Below are positions 61,664 through 64,000 of a stretch of 64,000 bases of DNA, one piece after another. The notes under the pieces are model-generated. The model did not search any database, had not been told where the DNA came from, and saw only the letters and a program-made list of their open reading frames with translations. A program made the translations under genes and the position numbers. The stretch spans positions 4,266 to 68,265 of the forward strand of contig DATBJJ010000006.1 of NCBI GenBank assembly GCA_036556425.1, given 5' to 3'. Every line of letters begins with the position of its first letter. Position 1 is the stretch's first letter. Source of the DNA: Vicinamibacterales bacterium (lineage in GTDB: Bacteria > Acidobacteriota > Vicinamibacteria > Vicinamibacterales > 2-12-FULL-66-21).

Positions 61664-61928
61664 TCTGCGCTCCCTGCGCCTCGAGCTTGCGGGACACGAA
61701 CCGCGTCACGTTGTCGACCGAATCCAGATTCTCGGGCAGAAGCTCGCGATCGGCGACGGCGATGCCGAACCGCTGCTCGAGGAACGCCACGAGCTCCAAC
61801 ACGCCGGTCGAGTCGATGATGCCGTTCTCGAGAAACGACTGGTCGTTGGTGATCGAATCCCCGTTCTGGCCGAACAGGAAGTTCGTGACGACGAATTCCT
61901 TGATTTCCGCTGCAATCATGTCTGCCAT
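61653..61928 (-). CDS. acyl carrier protein
   Basis: 91 aa with the phosphopantetheine-attachment context GIIDSTGVLELVAFLE. Confidence 0.85.
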   Translation of the reverse strand: MADMIAAEIKEFVVTNFLFGQNGDSITNDQSFLENGIIDSTGVLELVAFLEQRFGIAVADRELLPENLDSVDNVTRFVSRKLEAQGAQIAG

Positions 61929-62071
61929 GGTCTGTTCCCGACTCCTAGGTGACGGGGCGCCGGAGATCGGCGGCCCCCGTGGTACACAGCTTCGCCCTTT
62001 CAGTTACAGGGGTGCGCGTGCGGCACACGCCCCGCGGACCGCATTGGGGGAGCTGACTGGCCTCTGGACTG

Positions 62072-62087
62072 AGCAAGGACCCTGCCC
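62072..62087 (-). promoter_or_regulatory. candidate sigma-54-type promoter (minus strand) GGGCAG-GGTCC-TTGCT
   Basis: The plus strand reads agcaaggaccctgccc at 62072-62087. GG-N10-GC with a perfect TTGCT -12 element, about 145 nt upstream of the ACP start. Confidence 0.4.
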
Positions 62088-62217
62088 GCTCAAAGGTGCG
62101 CGCGAAGGCTGCTAAGGTGCTCAATTTGTGAGACTTCCTGTCGATATGCCGGTCCGAGGCCTCCGGCATGGGCCAAAAGTCATTGATTACGAAGACAAAA
62201 GTCGTTAATTGGAAGAC

Positions 62218-63216
62218 CTAAGTCTGCTGCAGCGCGCCTGCCGTCACGAGGATTTCGGCGCTTTCGAGGGCATTTGCCCGCGCCAGCACCTCTCCAACGG
62301 GGCCGAATCTGAACTCCGACAGCAGCCGCTCGAGCCGCGCCTGGGTCTTCGACAGGTTGCGATAGTGCCGCATCCGCGACAGCCCGCCTGACGCGATACG
62401 GGGCTGATCCGGGTCGATTTCCCAGGGATGCAGGTAGAACACCGCCGGCTGCCGCTCCGTCGCGTTCAGCCGACCGATCCCATGCCGCGTCCAGGCATAC
62501 GGGAGAATTCGGAAGTACCCCCCGCCGCCGATCGGGAAATTGGTCGATCCAAACCGCACCGTCGACCCTGGCAGCTCCCACAATCCACCGGAGGGCGTCT
62601 CGATGCGCTGAATCTGCCGCGGCCAATCCGCGATGCCGTAGCGATCGTGGTGAACCGGGTAGATGCTCGCGTCGTACGCGTAGCCCTCGGCGATCAACAC
62701 GTCGAGGGCCCACAGGGACTTCCGCGTGATCGAGTAGCTCGGGGCGCGATAGCCGAGTACGGGGACGCTTGCCGCCGCCTCGATCGCGACGCGCGCGCGG
62801 CGCAGATCGTCGCGGAACTCCGACGGCGTCATCGAGTACACGAGCCGGTGGCTGTATCCGTGCGACGCGATCTCGTGTCCGCCTTCCGCGATCTGCCGCA
62901 CGAGTCCGGGAAATCGATCGGCCACCCATCCGAGCACGAAGAACGTCGCCGTCACGTCCGCGTCGGCGAACATCTCGAGCAGCCGCTCGGTGTTCCGGCA
63001 CACGCGGCTCTCCAGGCGATCCCACTGCGCACGCGGGACGCGATCTTCGAACGCCGAGACCTGGAAGTAGTCCTCGACGTCGATCGTCATCGCGTTCACG
63101 ACGCGGGCGTCCCCCGTCGAATCAGGATCGCCACCGCCTTCGACCAGCGGTGTAACACGAAATCCAGGCGCCGGGGCAAACTCCATCAATGCGCGGCCGT
63201 TGTGCAGGAGTGACAT
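62218..63216 (-). CDS. polysaccharide deacetylase, exosortase-system type (CE4 plus DUF3473-like C-terminus)
   Basis: 332 aa (MTIDVEDYF...FFVLGWVA...HEIASHGYSH). Confidence 0.85.
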   Translation of the reverse strand: MSLLHNGRALMEFAPAPGFRVTPLVEGGGDPDSTGDARVVNAMTIDVEDYFQVSAFEDRVPRAQWDRLESRVCRNTERLLEMFADADVTATFFVLGWVADRFPGLVRQIAEGGHEIASHGYSHRLVYSMTPSEFRDDLRRARVAIEAAASVPVLGYRAPSYSITRKSLWALDVLIAEGYAYDASIYPVHHDRYGIADWPRQIQRIETPSGGLWELPGSTVRFGSTNFPIGGGGYFRILPYAWTRHGIGRLNATERQPAVFYLHPWEIDPDQPRIASGGLSRMRHYRNLSKTQARLERLLSEFRFGPVGEVLARANALESAEILVTAGALQQT

Positions 63217-63229
63217 GAGCTGCTGGTCC

Positions 63230-64000
63230 CTAGGAACCGCGACGCACGAGTACCGTCTTCAGCGTTTCCAGACAGATGAACAGATCGAACGCGATCGAGA
63301 TGTGCTTGATGTAGAACAAGTCGAACTGCAGCTTCTGCAGCGCGTCCTCGACCGACGATCCATAGCTGTGCCGCACCTGCGCCCAGCCGGTGAGGCCGGG
63401 TCGAACGACGTGGCGCTGACCGTAGAACGGAATCTGTTCGGTGAGGTTCGCCACGAACTCCGGCCGCTCGGGACGCGGGCCGACAAAGCTCATGTCCCCT
63501 CGCAAGATGTTCCAGAGCTGCGGAATCTCGTCGAGCCGCGTGCGCCGGAGGAATCTGCCGACCGGCGTCACGCGAGGATCGCCGGCCGTCGACCAGACGA
63601 CGCCCGTCTTCGCCTCCGCGTCGGGCCGCATCGATCGGAACTTGTGGATCATGAACGTACGGCCATCCTTGCCCACGCGCCGCTGGTGATAGAGCGCGGG
63701 GCCCGGCGACGTCGCACGGATCGCGATGGCGATGAGGACCAGGAACGGCGCCGCAAGTAGAAGCCCGAACGACGCGACGAGCACGTCGAGGACGCGCTTC
63801 GCGCCCGACAGCACGCGGCCCTTTCGGAACCCGTCCGAGAAGATCAACCAGCTCGGTCGCAGGTTCTCGACGGCGATCTTTCCGGTGTACTGCTCGTAGA
63901 CCGATGCCAGGTGATCGAACTGCACGCCGTCGATCAGCTTCATCTGCAGCAGAGCGCCCATCGGCAGTTTTCCTCGGGCGTCGGCCAGGCTCACGACCAC
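63230..64000 (-). CDS. polyprenyl-phosphate glycosyl-1-phosphate (priming) sugar transferase, 5' end outside window
   Basis: C-terminal catalytic domain of the bacterial sugar transferase family (KRVLDV...RVGKDGRTFMIHKFRSM...DEIPQLWNILRGDMSFVGPRPERPEF...PGLTGWAQV). Confidence 0.9.
   Translation of the reverse strand: MVVSLADARGKLPMGALLQMKLIDGVQFDHLASVYEQYTGKIAVENLRPSWLIFSDGFRKGRVLSGAKRVLDVLVASFGLLLAAPFLVLIAIAIRATSPGPALYHQRRVGKDGRTFMIHKFRSMRPDAEAKTGVVWSTAGDPRVTPVGRFLRRTRLDEIPQLWNILRGDMSFVGPRPERPEFVANLTEQIPFYGQRHVVRPGLTGWAQVRHSYGSSVEDALQKLQFDLFYIKHISIAFDLFICLETLKTVLVRRGS

Noticed and set aside
1-64000. Search for tRNA, rRNA, CRISPR arrays, transposases, integrases, phage genes and toxin-antitoxin or defence systems
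   Set aside because: I saw none. There are no regularly spaced repeats, no T-loop-like GGTTCGAATCC contexts outside coding frames, and no recombinase or nuclease-type ORFs. The window is a biosynthetic locus rather than a mobile or defence island.

Overview
High-GC (roughly two-thirds G+C by eye) bacterial chromosomal window, densely coding, from a Gram-negative organism that uses the PEP-CTERM/exosortase system. I cannot assign a taxon from the sequence.

Layout:
- 1-9.7 kb, housekeeping and signalling genes: rpsT 3' end, holA-lptE-leuS, an HDAC-family deacetylase, an orphan receiver, a receiver-less sigma-54 activator, a YvcK/CofD-like gene and a GAF-GGDEF cyclase.
- 10-12.3 kb, a lower-GC islet of small secreted or membrane ORFs. 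It ends in a PEP-CTERM protein that carries a thioester-domain-like Cys/Gln motif pair.
- 12.5-25 kb, a plus-strand operon. The PrsT-like TPR lipoprotein is followed by a NadE-like PP-loop ATPase, AsnB, an AMP-ligase, an LMW-PTP, two tandem carbamoyltransferases, SxtJ, DUF5989 and an SGNH hydrolase.
- 25.3-29.4 kb: a secreted beta-helix protein, a GT2, a DUF1566 PEP-CTERM protein and an acetyltransferase.
- 29.4-64 kb, an almost gap-free minus-strand run of about 32 genes. It runs from a priming sugar transferase through ACP, AMP-ligase, a fused XrtA::EpsI exosortase, FemAB, DegT and AsnB. It then continues through glycosyltransferases, a Wzx flippase, a Wzy/O-antigen-ligase-like protein, deacetylases, methyltransferases, an ATP-grasp enzyme, hydrolases and a PaaK-like ligase.

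Most notable observations:
1. A set of GG-N10-GC sigma-54-type promoters. One is a perfect TGGCAC-N5-TTGC.
2. A recurring GGCAGACT box lies upstream of the small and PEP-CTERM genes.
3. The receiver-less activator may govern both of the above.
4. Uncharacterised acyl, amino-acyl and carbamoyl modification modules are wrapped around the exosortase.

I found no rRNA, tRNA, CRISPR array, transposase or integrase. Many long ORFs in the six-frame track are antisense or alternate-frame shadows typical of high-GC DNA.
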